Assembly: GCA_044222475.1 (NCBI GenBank)
Contig: JBGANF010000059.1
Location: 1 to 43,213, forward strand
Direction: 5' to 3'
DNA from: Polyangiaceae bacterium
GTDB taxonomy: Bacteria; Myxococcota_A; Polyangia; Polyangiales; Polyangiaceae
DNA length: 43,213 nucleotides
Shown here: one piece after another, positions 10,134 through 18,976 of the stretch
Numbering within the stretch: the first letter of the stretch is position 1
Layout of the letters: each line of letters opens with the position of its first letter
Notes under the pieces: generated by a model
Database searches by the model: none
What the model saw: only the letters and a program-made list of their open reading frames with translations
Told to the model about the DNA's origin: nothing
Translations under genes and position numbers: made by a program

Positions 10134-12265
10134 CGTCGCGGGCTCGACTCCTCGGCTGGGTCACGCTCGCGTTGATGACGTGCGCCGCCTCGGCCGGCGC
10201 GCAGTCGTATCCGTATCCCCCACCCTACCCGCCGCCGGTTCCGCCGCCGGTCCCGTATCCGACTCAGGCCGCGCGGCCGCCCGTCATGGGCGACGCGCCG
10301 ACGAACCTGCGTGGGCGCTTCGGGATCGACGTCGCCGAGCGACTCATGCGCGGCAGCGAAGCCGATGATCGAATCCGCGGGATCCGCCGGGCCGCGGCGC
10401 TGGGAACGCCGGAGGCGATCGCGCTCCTCGCCGGAGGACCGATCGACCCTTCGACGATCGGGCGCACGGACTCGCGCGCGCTCCTCGAGCTCGCGCGCGC
10501 GCTCGCTCCGTACACGAGCGACGAAGCAGCGCGTGCTCGCCTGCTCGCGATCGTGCAATCGCCCACGCCGACCGCGACCGCGCGCGCCGGCACCGCACCG
10601 CTCGACGTCGACGCCGTGCCCCGCGTCGCGCTCGCTCGGGCGACCGCGGCCCGCGCGCTCGCGACGTCTCCCGAGCACCTCGCGCGGGAGTCTTTGTTGC
10701 AGACTGCACGCGCCGGGGGGCCGGGCCAACCCGCGGCCGCGGCGGCGCTCGCCGCGATGGGCATCTCCTTCTACGACGACCCGGCGCTTCGCGGCGCCGC
10801 GCTCGTGAGCCCGACGCACGTGCGCGCGGTCGCGCAGAGCGCCGATCTCCGCGTCCTCGACCTGCTCCGCGCGCAGACCACCGCGACCGATCCGAGCACC
10901 CGCGCGGCGGCGCTCGTCGCGCTCGCGCAGCTGGGCGACATGCGCATCCTCGACGCGGCGACGGCCGCCTTCGGTGAGAAGGACGCCCGGTTGCGTTCAG
11001 CGGCGGGCGAAGCGTTCGTCCTCCTCGACGCGCCGCAGCGCTTCGGCGCGGTGACGCTGCTCGTCGCCGACGACGCGACGGCGAAGGCCGGGATTCGGCT
11101 CGCCGAGCGAGCGCAGAACGCCGACGTCGTGAAGGCGCTCGCTGCGCGTCTCGCCGCGAGCCGCGATCTCGGCGAGCGTCGCGCGTGCATCGCGGCGCTC
11201 GGTCACGGTCTCACCGACGACGCGATCAAGGTCATCGTGTCGTTCGCGGCGGACAGGGATCTCGCCGGCGACGCCGCGCACGCGCTCGCGCGCTCGCCGA
11301 ACGCGGGTGCGCTCCCCGCGATCGAGAAGCTTGCCATCCAGAGCTCGCGCCTCGCGGTGCGCGCGTACGTGCTCCGTGCGCTCCTCCGCGGCGTGCGGTC
11401 GAGCGGCCTCGACGACGCGATGCGCGCGCTCGGCGTCTCCAAGGTCCCGGCGGATCGCTCGGTGGGTCGCGCCGGACGTGTCGCCCTGGGCGACGAGACG
11501 ATCGAGAGCGGTCTCTCCGACGCCGACCCGCGGGTCCGTCGGATGGTCGCCCTCGCGTCGCTCGGTCGCCGAAGCGCATCGCCCCGCGCCGTCGACGACG
11601 CGCTCCTCGCGGCGTTCGCCAAAGAGACGGACGCGGTCACGAAGCGCGTGCTCGCGCTCGGGCTCCTCGGCGGAGATCCCGCGGGCGGAGTCCCCACGCT
11701 CGTCCTGGTCGACCGCGCCGAGGGCGGCGGAGCCGACGCGCCGCTCGCGGCGATGGCGCTCGCGGGCCGCAAAGACGAAGCCCAGAAGGACAAGGTCGAG
11801 CGACTCCTCGCTTCGCGCGATCCGCTCGTTCGATTGCACGCCGCGCGCGGGCTCGCCCGCAGCGAGCTGCCCGAGAGCACCGGGATGCTCGCCGAGGCGT
11901 TCCGCTACGAGACGGACCTCCTCGTGCGCCGCGAGCTCGTCCGCGCGCTCGCCGGCAAGGGCGAGGCGCCGGTGCGCACCGAGATCCTGAAGATCGCGAA
12001 GACGCTCGACCCCGACGGCGCCGTGCGCGACCTCGCGGACCGTGCGCTCCGGAGCGCGCCGCTGGCCGACGCGACGATGCTGCGCGACGTGGCGTGGATC
12101 CGGGTGACGACCCCCGACGGAGGCGCGGCGCCGTCGCTGGTCGGCGCGTACGTCACGAACGAAGGCCAAGCGCTGCCGATCGCGTTCGACGCCGACGGGT
12201 ATGCGATCGTCCCCGGCGTGGCGTCGGGAGAAGGTCGCCTCGTCCTCGAGCCGGCGATCCCCTGA
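10130..12265 (+). CDS. Secreted HEAT-repeat protein
   Basis: Signal peptide, Pro-rich linker, repeated D....R.AA..AL helical units; ATGA overlap with upstream gene. Confidence 0.75.
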   Translation: MTSRARLLGWVTLALMTCAASAGAQSYPYPPPYPPPVPPPVPYPTQAARPPVMGDAPTNLRGRFGIDVAERLMRGSEADDRIRGIRRAAALGTPEAIALLAGGPIDPSTIGRTDSRALLELARALAPYTSDEAARARLLAIVQSPTPTATARAGTAPLDVDAVPRVALARATAARALATSPEHLARESLLQTARAGGPGQPAAAAALAAMGISFYDDPALRGAALVSPTHVRAVAQSADLRVLDLLRAQTTATDPSTRAAALVALAQLGDMRILDAATAAFGEKDARLRSAAGEAFVLLDAPQRFGAVTLLVADDATAKAGIRLAERAQNADVVKALAARLAASRDLGERRACIAALGHGLTDDAIKVIVSFAADRDLAGDAAHALARSPNAGALPAIEKLAIQSSRLAVRAYVLRALLRGVRSSGLDDAMRALGVSKVPADRSVGRAGRVALGDETIESGLSDADPRVRRMVALASLGRRSASPRAVDDALLAAFAKETDAVTKRVLALGLLGGDPAGGVPTLVLVDRAEGGGADAPLAAMALAGRKDEAQKDKVERLLASRDPLVRLHAARGLARSELPESTGMLAEAFRYETDLLVRRELVRALAGKGEAPVRTEILKIAKTLDPDGAVRDLADRALRSAPLADATMLRDVAWIRVTTPDGGAAPSLVGAYVTNEGQALPIAFDADGYAIVPGVASGEGRLVLEPAIP

Positions 12266-12270
12266 GGCTC

Positions 12271-12540
12271 ATGAGCGACGAGAAGAAGGCCCCCGACTCC
12301 GGCACCGCGAGCTTCGAGCAATCGATGGCTCGCCTCGCGAAGATCGTCGACGAGCTGGAGAAGGGCGAGAAATCCCTGGAAGACTCGCTGGCGCTCTTCG
12401 AAGAGGGCGTGAAGCTCTCGCGAGCGGCGCAGGCGAGGCTCGATGCGGCGCAGCAGAAGGTCGAGAAGCTGCTCGGAGTCGACGAGAAGGGGAAGCCGAA
12501 GAAGGTCCCCTTTGGGGACGACGACGATCCCGAGATCTGA
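12271..12540 (+). CDS. xseB: Exodeoxyribonuclease VII small subunit
   Basis: SFEQSMARL..IVDELEKGE.SLEDSLALFEEGVKL....Q.RLD.AQQKVEKL. Confidence 0.95.
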   Translation: MSDEKKAPDSGTASFEQSMARLAKIVDELEKGEKSLEDSLALFEEGVKLSRAAQARLDAAQQKVEKLLGVDEKGKPKKVPFGDDDDPEI

Positions 12541-12554
12541 AACGACGAGCGACG

Positions 12555-13409
12555 TCAGGGACCGCAGTCCCAGCGAGAATTCTCCACCGGCCAGACGAGG
12601 ATGGCCTGGTGGCACATCTCGTCGGTCGCGAGCGGGCCGGGCAGCACGTAGTCGCCGGTGACGTTGTCCCAGACGCAGGTGGAGCGCACGCGGTCGCCGA
12701 CGTGCACGTCGACCGAGGTCGTGTACGCGACCTGACGCCCCACGTCCCACGTGGGGACATCGACGAGCGAGACGGTCGAGCCGTCGCCGCGGATCACCTG
12801 CCCGTGGAACTCCTTCCCGGCGCGGTGCATGTGCGGCCACGCGACGCCGACGTGGACTTCGCCGAGCGCGCGGCACTCGCCCGACGATTGCTCCGTCATG
12901 TGAGGGCGAATCGCGGGTACGGGAGCCTGAATGACCGCCCATCCAGCGGCGACCGCAGGCCGCTGGGCGGTCGTCTCGACGATGGCACTCACGCGTTCGG
13001 GCGCGCCAGCCGCGCTGCGAAAGGCGTGAAGCTGCACGACCCACCGGGTCGAGTCCTTCGGGATCGTGAGGCCCATCCCCGCCGGAAGAACGAGGGGGCT
13101 CACGCCGGGCACCCAGACCGCGAAGCCGGTCGCGCCGGGCATGTCCCAGCACTCCGCGCCGTCCGGCCTGTCCCAAGATGGTACGGCGTACAGAGTGGCG
13201 TGGTGAACGCTCAGCGCGCCGCTCGCGGGCACCTCCCAGCGCACCGAACGCACCCACTCGTCGGGTGAACGCGTGAACGAGAAGCACGAGTAGATCTCGC
13301 CCCCGAGCGGGGCGTCGGCGGCGAAGCCCAACGTGGTCACGCCGTCGGTCGACGGCGCCGACGGCGCACAGGCGACCGCGAGCACGAGGAGAAGACCCGA
13401 TCGCTTCAC
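12555..13409 (-). CDS. Copper type II ascorbate-dependent monooxygenase-like lipoprotein (PHM/DBH fold)
   Basis: Lipobox LAVAC; VHHATLY, QLH, PHMHRAG, DEMC copper-ligand motifs; GTGA overlap with upstream gene. Confidence 0.8.
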   Translation of the reverse strand: MKRSGLLLVLAVACAPSAPSTDGVTTLGFAADAPLGGEIYSCFSFTRSPDEWVRSVRWEVPASGALSVHHATLYAVPSWDRPDGAECWDMPGATGFAVWVPGVSPLVLPAGMGLTIPKDSTRWVVQLHAFRSAAGAPERVSAIVETTAQRPAVAAGWAVIQAPVPAIRPHMTEQSSGECRALGEVHVGVAWPHMHRAGKEFHGQVIRGDGSTVSLVDVPTWDVGRQVAYTTSVDVHVGDRVRSTCVWDNVTGDYVLPGPLATDEMCHQAILVWPVENSRWDCGP

Positions 13410-13810
13410 GGGGGAGCGGGCGAGGTGAATTGCGGCATGACGCATCCTCCGTCGCTGCAGCTCCCGCTGTAACACCAGAGGAGCTTCGGCTCGTAGCTGC
13501 AGGTGGTCCCCTGACAACCGCGCGACTCGAAGTACTCGAGCCACGCGCCGTTGGCGCAGAGCGACGCCGGGATCGGGCACACGTCGGCGCCGCCGTCTTC
13601 GGCGCAGGTGATGATCGGGGGGGCGATGGCGTCCGGCGGGGTGGGTCCGGCCGCCGCCTCCCGGAGCGGAGCCCAGCCGTCGCTCAGCTCGAAGGGGCCC
13701 ACCTCTTCGGGTCCGTCCGTCGCAGCGTCGCTCGTGGGCTCGGCGACCGGTTCGCTTCGGCACGCCACGAACGCGAGCGCAAACGCAGCGGTCATCGTGC
13801 GACGGGACAT
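13406..13810 (-). CDS. Small Cys-rich lipoprotein
   Basis: Lipobox AFVAC, acidic/Pro linker, C-terminal domain with 8 Cys; alternative ATG a few codons upstream. Confidence 0.7.
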   Translation of the reverse strand: MSRRTMTAAFALAFVACRSEPVAEPTSDAATDGPEEVGPFELSDGWAPLREAAAGPTPPDAIAPPIITCAEDGGADVCPIPASLCANGAWLEYFESRGCQGTTCSYEPKLLWCYSGSCSDGGCVMPQFTSPAPP

Positions 13811-13833
13811 GACGCGCATGGTAGCACTCGATC

Positions 13834-14223
13834 ATGCGAAGGGTCGTTCCGAGAGCGCTCGTCGCGATCCTCGTCCTCGTTCCGCTCGCTTCTCGTCTGA
13901 TCGGCGACGGCTCGCTCGCGTGGACCATGTACGCGTCGACCAGCGAATGGCGTCTTCGTGTCACCGTCACCGAGCGGGACGGAAGATCCCATGCCATCGC
14001 GCCGACCGGGCTCGCCGAAGGTGCGAGCCCGGAGCTCCAAGCCGCGCTCGCCGGCAGCGAGAGCTACAGGCGAAACTGCCCGGTGGCGCTGCGCAGCCAT
14101 TTGAGCCAGGTCGCCGACCGAGCCTGCGCCACGCGTGACGTGGCTCGCGTCGAGATCGATCTGGACGAGCGAGGGTCGTTCGGAGAGCGCACGATGCACG
14201 TGGAGCGGGCATGCGGACGATGA
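13834..14223 (+). CDS. Small exported protein partnering the HTTM gene (SdpA-like position)
   Basis: N-terminal TM, WTMYA motif, 3 Cys; ATGA coupling to the HTTM gene. Confidence 0.6.
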   Translation: MRRVVPRALVAILVLVPLASRLIGDGSLAWTMYASTSEWRLRVTVTERDGRSHAIAPTGLAEGASPELQAALAGSESYRRNCPVALRSHLSQVADRACATRDVARVEIDLDERGSFGERTMHVERACGR

Positions 14224-14921
14224 GGTTCGTCCGAGGCGCGGTCGGTGTCGTCTTCTTGCTCCGCACGACGCCGGCGCTCCACGCGCTCGGTGTCGGCTGG
14301 GCGCCCGCGCGCATGCTCGGATGGCCCGACGGTACGTGGAAGCTCGCCGCGGTGGCGATTCCCCCCAGCCTGGTGATCGCGCTCGTGATCCTTCGCACCG
14401 CCGGCGCGGTGCTCTTCACCGCCGGCGTGGTGACGAGGTGGGCCGGGCTCGTCGCCGCGCTCGCCGGCTGGGTGCTCCTCGCGAACGACCTCACGGCGTT
14501 TCTCAACTCGCTTCATCTTCTGTACTGCGCGACCGCGTGCATCGCGCTCGCCACTCGATTCTCCACGAAGGACCGCCGTCTCGTGCTTCGAGCGCTTCCG
14601 CTGAGCGTGTATGCCTTCTCGGGCCTCGCGAAGCTGAACGCGAGCTTCCTGTCGGGCTCCGTTCTGCGGGCTCTCCACGACGAAGGAACGCTCCGCGGCC
14701 GCATCGCCGACACCGTCACCGCCACCGCGACTCGCGCGCAGGGCGCGAGCATCCTCGTCGTGGCGACGGAGCTCGCGCTAGGACCGCTCCTCTTCTTTCG
14801 AGCCACCCGTCGCATCGGAGTCGCCGTCGCGTTGGCCTTCCATGTGGTCATGGAGGTCGCGATCGGTCCCGACGTCTTCGGCTGGGTGATGGTCGCGCTG
14901 CTCCTCGCGTTCGTGGAGTGA
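14220..14921 (+). CDS. HTTM-domain membrane protein (SdpB / vitamin K-dependent carboxylase-like)
   Basis: Multi-TM; FLNSLHL, SVYAFSGLAKLNASFLSG, TELALGPLL, ALAFHVVME....FGWVM. Confidence 0.8.
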   Translation: MRFVRGAVGVVFLLRTTPALHALGVGWAPARMLGWPDGTWKLAAVAIPPSLVIALVILRTAGAVLFTAGVVTRWAGLVAALAGWVLLANDLTAFLNSLHLLYCATACIALATRFSTKDRRLVLRALPLSVYAFSGLAKLNASFLSGSVLRALHDEGTLRGRIADTVTATATRAQGASILVVATELALGPLLFFRATRRIGVAVALAFHVVMEVAIGPDVFGWVMVALLLAFVE

Positions 14922-14954
14922 GACGCGTGCCTACCTTCGAATGGACGGCCAAGG

Positions 14955-14971
14955 CGTCCCAAACGGGGACG
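14955..14971 (+). other. Conserved mini-hairpin CGTCCC-AAACG-GGGACG (copy A)
   Basis: 6-bp perfect inverted repeat directly abutting the hexamer array; near-identical copies at 18936-18952 and 38374-38388. Confidence 0.85.
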
Positions 14972-15197
14972 GAAGCAGAAGCGGAAGCGGAAGCGGACGC
15001 GGAAGCGGACGCGGACGCGGACGCGGAAGCGGAAGCGGAAGCGGACGCGGAAGCGGACGCGGACGCGGACGCGGAAGCGGACGCGGAAGCGGACGCGGAA
15101 GCGGACGCGGAAGCGGACGCGGAAGCGGACGCGGAAGCGGACGCGGAAGCGGACGCGGAAGCGGACGCGGAAGCGGAAGCGGACGCGGAAGCCGACG
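14970..15197 (+). repeat. Hexamer tandem array (GCGGAA/GCGGAC)n, ~38 units, with 12-mer higher-order period
   Basis: Directly visible; intergenic between HTTM and APC permease genes. Confidence 0.97.
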
Positions 15198-15246
15198 CTT
15201 CGTCGCGATCGACTTCCATGGGCGGAGCAGTTACCACCTAGGCTCC

Positions 15247-16887
15247 ATGGCCCCCCCGAAAGACGCCCATGCACCCGGCCGGCTGAAGAGGTCCGTCGGC
15301 TTCTACGGACTGATGTTCGTTTCGCTCGGGTCGATCATAGGCTCGGGCTGGCTGCTCGGCGCGCTCAACGCGGCGGAGGTCGCCGGCCCGGCGTCGGTTT
15401 TGTCCTGGATGCTGGCGGCCTTCATGCTGTCGCTTCTGGCGCTGACGTACGCCGAGCTCGGCGCGACCTACCCGGTGGCGGGTGGGTCCGGAAGATTCCC
15501 CTACTACTCGCACGGTCCGATCGCGGGCTTCATGGCGGGATGGGCATCCTGGCTTCAGGCCGTCTTCATCGCCCCCATCGAAGTGCTCGCCGCCATCACG
15601 TACGTGAACAGCGTGACGTGGGTGAACGAGCACTTCAACATGATCGCCAAGACCGGCGACAGTGCCGGCCTCTTGAACGGCAACGGGCTCGTGGTCGCGT
15701 TGATCCTCATGGTGCTCTTCACCGCGATGAACCTCGCCGGAGCGAAGTTCCTATCCGAGAGCAACTCCGTCGTCGTGGTCTGGAAGACCGCGGTGCCCGT
15801 CCTCGCGGTGGGCGTCGTGGCCTGGCTGAAGTTCAACCCTTCCAACTTCCACGCGGGCGGCGGCTTCATGCCGTTCGGCTTCCACGGGGTCTTCGCGGCG
15901 CTCACGGGGGGCGTCGTGTTCGGACTCCAGGGCTTCGAGCAAGCCGTGCAGCTCGCGGGGGAAGCGCGCGATCCGAGGCGCGATCTGTCGCGCGCGATCC
16001 TCACCGCCATGGCGATCGGAGCGGTTCTCTATTCGGCCCTGCAGATCGCGATGATCGGCGGCCTCGATCCAGCCCACATCGCCGACGGCTGGAAGCGGCC
16101 GCTTGGAACCGACCCGTCCGACTACGGCGCTTGGTACACGCTCGCGCTCGCGGTGGGTGCGGGCTGGCTCGCGAAGGTGCTCATCATCGATGCCGTGGTC
16201 TCCCCGGCGGGTACGGGCATCGTCTACGTGGGGACGACGGCGCGTCTGTCGTACGCGCTCGGCGAAGAACGCGAAATGCCGGGCGCCCTCGCCCGCACGA
16301 ACGCCAAGGGCGTACCCGTCGTGTCCATCCTCGTAGGGTCGGCGATCGGAACGCTCGCGCTCGGCCCCTTCAAGAGCTGGTCCGCGCTCGTGAGCGTGGT
16401 CACCGGTGCCACCGCGATCATGTATGCGTTCGCGCCGGTGTCCCTCGCGGCCCTTCACCGGGTGGACGGCGCCCGGCCGCGTTCGTATCGGGTGCCGATG
16501 CCCCGTGTCTTGCTCCCGGCCGCGTTCTGTTCGGCGAACCTGATCATCTACTGGGGTGGGTTCGACACGACGTGGAAGCTGGCGCTGGCCATGCTCCTCG
16601 GGCTCGGGTTGTTCGCGATTGGAGCCGCGCGGGGTCGAACCGGCGCGCAACGGACGACGCGCAACGCGTTGTGGATCGTCCCGTGGCTCGGGGGTCACGT
16701 GCTGCTCGGCGCGGTCGGCCGCTACGGGGCCGGAGCGAGGAACCTCCTGCCCGATTGGGTCGATCTCGCGGTAGTCGTCGTCTTCGCGCTTTCGATCTTC
16801 TACTGGGCGGTGCGCGTCACGCTGACGAAGGACGAAACCGCCGCGGCGGTGGCGAAAGACGCGCAGCAGATCGACTACACGCCGTAG
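15247..16887 (+). CDS. APC family amino acid permease
   Basis: GSIIGSGWL, AGPASVLSW, YAELGA.YP.AGG, GFEQAVQLAGEARDP; many TM helices. Confidence 0.92.
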   Translation: MAPPKDAHAPGRLKRSVGFYGLMFVSLGSIIGSGWLLGALNAAEVAGPASVLSWMLAAFMLSLLALTYAELGATYPVAGGSGRFPYYSHGPIAGFMAGWASWLQAVFIAPIEVLAAITYVNSVTWVNEHFNMIAKTGDSAGLLNGNGLVVALILMVLFTAMNLAGAKFLSESNSVVVVWKTAVPVLAVGVVAWLKFNPSNFHAGGGFMPFGFHGVFAALTGGVVFGLQGFEQAVQLAGEARDPRRDLSRAILTAMAIGAVLYSALQIAMIGGLDPAHIADGWKRPLGTDPSDYGAWYTLALAVGAGWLAKVLIIDAVVSPAGTGIVYVGTTARLSYALGEEREMPGALARTNAKGVPVVSILVGSAIGTLALGPFKSWSALVSVVTGATAIMYAFAPVSLAALHRVDGARPRSYRVPMPRVLLPAAFCSANLIIYWGGFDTTWKLALAMLLGLGLFAIGAARGRTGAQRTTRNALWIVPWLGGHVLLGAVGRYGAGARNLLPDWVDLAVVVVFALSIFYWAVRVTLTKDETAAAVAKDAQQIDYTP

Positions 16888-16901
16888 CGCCCGTCCCAGG
16901 G

Positions 16902-17540
16902 TCAGCCTCGGTCCACCGCGACGACGTGCTCGGGCGATACCACGACGGAAACATCCAACCACGGCGAAGTGCCGAGAGCCCAACCTCGGTCGACGAGCAC
17001 GCGCGCGACGGTCGAGTCATGCCGCTGCCACCAATTCGATCGCGCCACGAGACGCGTGGGATAAACGCGTGTGAGACCTTCGAAGACGACGTAGTCGAGC
17101 TCCCTGAGGTGCGATGCGCCGCTCTGGATGCCGGTCGCGTTGGCCGCGCGAGCTGCAGCCGCGATCTCCGCTGCGGACAGCACGCGCTCGTCGAGGAACG
17201 CGATCTGAAAGTCGTCGTCTGGGTCCGGGATGGGGCAGCCGGTTCCGTCGCGGAGGATGTCGCCGCGCCGCACGGTCAGCGCGCCGCAAGCGACACTTTC
17301 TGCGAGCACGAGAAGATGAGCTTCCTTCTCATCCTTCATCCAGCGAAGTAGGCACTCGGGACAATACGCAAACGCCAAGCCCTCATAGGTGTCCGGCGGA
17401 GCCGAAGGGAGCGTTTCGAGCTCGTCGCAACAGGGCAGGTCACCATTCTCCTCGCCCGTCTTGAACTGAACGCCACAGCGATGCTCGCGGCCGCAGCGCT
17501 GGCATGCAAGTGTCGTCATCACCGTGGTGTAGAGGCCCAT
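16902..17540 (-). CDS. Hypothetical protein with CxxC motifs (possible Zn-binding)
   Basis: CQRCG..C.VQFKTG and CPEC; ORF fills the gap between neighbours. Confidence 0.6.
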   Translation of the reverse strand: MGLYTTVMTTLACQRCGREHRCGVQFKTGEENGDLPCCDELETLPSAPPDTYEGLAFAYCPECLLRWMKDEKEAHLLVLAESVACGALTVRRGDILRDGTGCPIPDPDDDFQIAFLDERVLSAAEIAAAARAANATGIQSGASHLRELDYVVFEGLTRVYPTRLVARSNWWQRHDSTVARVLVDRGWALGTSPWLDVSVVVSPEHVVAVDRG

Positions 17541-17676
17541 GGCTGCAGTATGGGCACCGACGTGCGTCGGCGGGATAGCCGGACGGCTCAGCGTTGGGTC
17601 GCGCCGCGTAGCTCACGCCGTGGTTCACCACGAGAGCCGTTCGGCCGAGGACGGAGGGTGCGCTATCCTCTCGTCC

Positions 17677-18555
17677 GTGCGCCACGTCGCCATCGGCGTC
17701 CTCGCCACGGTCCTCACCGGTGGCGCCATCGCGAGCGACCGCGCCGCGCGAGTCGACCCTCCCTACGACGAAGACCGTGTCGTGGAGGACCTCGCCGACC
17801 ACGAGTTCAATCTGTCCGACGAGACCGACGTCACGCTTCCCGTCGTGCGTTGTGCCGAACCCATAGCGCACGATCACGGGCCTGGTCCCCTCGGAGGTGT
17901 TGCCGTCGTCTTGGGCCTCCATCACCTCGGCGTCGAAGGCCGTGAGGTCATGCCGCTATCGGCCAATCCGACGTCCGACCTGGTCGCGCACACGTCCGGA
18001 ACGAAGATTCTTCCGCTCGCCGCCGAGCTCGAATGGCAACACCGGATCGCGCGCGTCGCCGGTAGGCAAGACTTCGGCGTGAACCTCTACGCCGACGAGT
18101 CCATACCGTTCTCTGCGGCGCGAGCGGTCGTGCGATCCACCGAATCCTTCCAAAGACTGGTCGTGCGCGAGGGCGAGACGAGTCGACTGCGACAGTTGCC
18201 GCTCAATCGGTCACCACATCATTGGCGAAAGGCCTGCGCTCGTCAGCTCGTCGTCGAAGAGCACCGCGTCATCGACGACGATGGCGTCGAGCTTCTCTCT
18301 CTCGACGGTCGCACCGACATGAGCGCCCTCGCCGCGGCGGTCCCGATCGACTGGGGCGTCGGGCTTCGCGTCAAGGGAGATGTCCCCCTCCGCGTCATCG
18401 TCGCGATCCTCGCCGTGTTCGAACCGTCGTGCGCGGGTGGCTCGCACCCGATCTACGTGGAAATGCGCTCGGCAGAAGAGATTCGAAGCGACCCGCGTGT
18501 CGCTTCGACGGGCCGAGCGTGCACCGAGTCGGTCCCAGTCTTCGGTCGGCACTGA
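17677..18555 (+). CDS. Hypothetical membrane-anchored protein with two ExbD/TolR-like folds
   Basis: N-terminal TM; VNLYADESIPF...RAVV and VGLRVKGDVPL..IVAIL resemble ExbD periplasmic motifs; start uncertain. Confidence 0.5.
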   Translation: MRHVAIGVLATVLTGGAIASDRAARVDPPYDEDRVVEDLADHEFNLSDETDVTLPVVRCAEPIAHDHGPGPLGGVAVVLGLHHLGVEGREVMPLSANPTSDLVAHTSGTKILPLAAELEWQHRIARVAGRQDFGVNLYADESIPFSAARAVVRSTESFQRLVVREGETSRLRQLPLNRSPHHWRKACARQLVVEEHRVIDDDGVELLSLDGRTDMSALAAAVPIDWGVGLRVKGDVPLRVIVAILAVFEPSCAGGSHPIYVEMRSAEEIRSDPRVASTGRACTESVPVFGRH

Positions 18556-18586
18556 GCTGCGACGAACGATGACAGCTAGGGCGGGG

Positions 18587-18609
18587 ACGCGGGTGCAGGT
18601 GACCCGCGT
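18587..18609. terminator. Hairpin ACGCGGGT-N7-ACCCGCGT between convergent genes
   Basis: 8-bp perfect stem 5 nt downstream of the four-helix-bundle remnant stop; no U-tract. Confidence 0.5.
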
Positions 18610-18614
18610 TGCGC

Positions 18615-18821
18615 TCAGTGGATCAGGCGATGCAGCGTTGCTGCGATGCGGTCGAGGGCGTCCAAGTCACGTTCGTCGCGTTCGATGGATCCCCAGGCCG
18701 CCGCGAGCTCGAGAGCCGCTGCGGTTTCGCGGGTGGACCCGAGAGCGGTGCGGAAGCGCTGCCGCGAGATGCCGTCCCGGGAGCCCTGAGCTTCCGCGAC
18801 ATTGAGCACGATGCTGGACGC
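18615..18821 (-). pseudogene. 5'-truncated four-helix-bundle protein (23S rRNA-IVP/bAvd-like)
   Basis: ASSIVLNVAEAQG..RFRTALGSTRET; 50/68 aa identical by hand alignment to 37832-38146; N-terminal ~35 aa replaced by the hexamer array; in-frame TGA just upstream of the hairpin. Confidence 0.85.
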
Positions 18822-18936
18822 CGCTTCCGCTTCCGCTTCCGCTTCCGCTTCCGCTTCCGCTTCCGCTTCCGCTTCCGCTTCCGCTTCCGCTTCCGCTTCC
18901 GCTTCCGCTTCCGCTTCCGCTTCCGCTTCCGCTTCC
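18821..18936 (-). repeat. Perfect (GCGGAA)n array, ~19 units (CCGCTT on + strand)
   Basis: Directly visible. Confidence 0.97.
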
Positions 18937-18952
18937 GTCCCAGTTTGGGACG
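18936..18952 (-). other. Conserved mini-hairpin CGTCCC-AAACT-GGGACG (copy B)
   Basis: The minus strand reads CGTCCCAAACTGGGACGGAAGC, 21/22 identical to copy A. Confidence 0.85.
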
Positions 18953-18976
18953 ATCATCGCGCGGGGGACGCGGACG

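Noticed and set aside
14970..15197. Possible CRISPR array
   Set aside because: 6-nt tandem units without unique spacers; no cas genes
14941..15246. GS/GR-repeat N-terminal extension of the APC permease
   Set aside because: It is just the stop-free hexamer array read in frame; homology starts near ATG 15247
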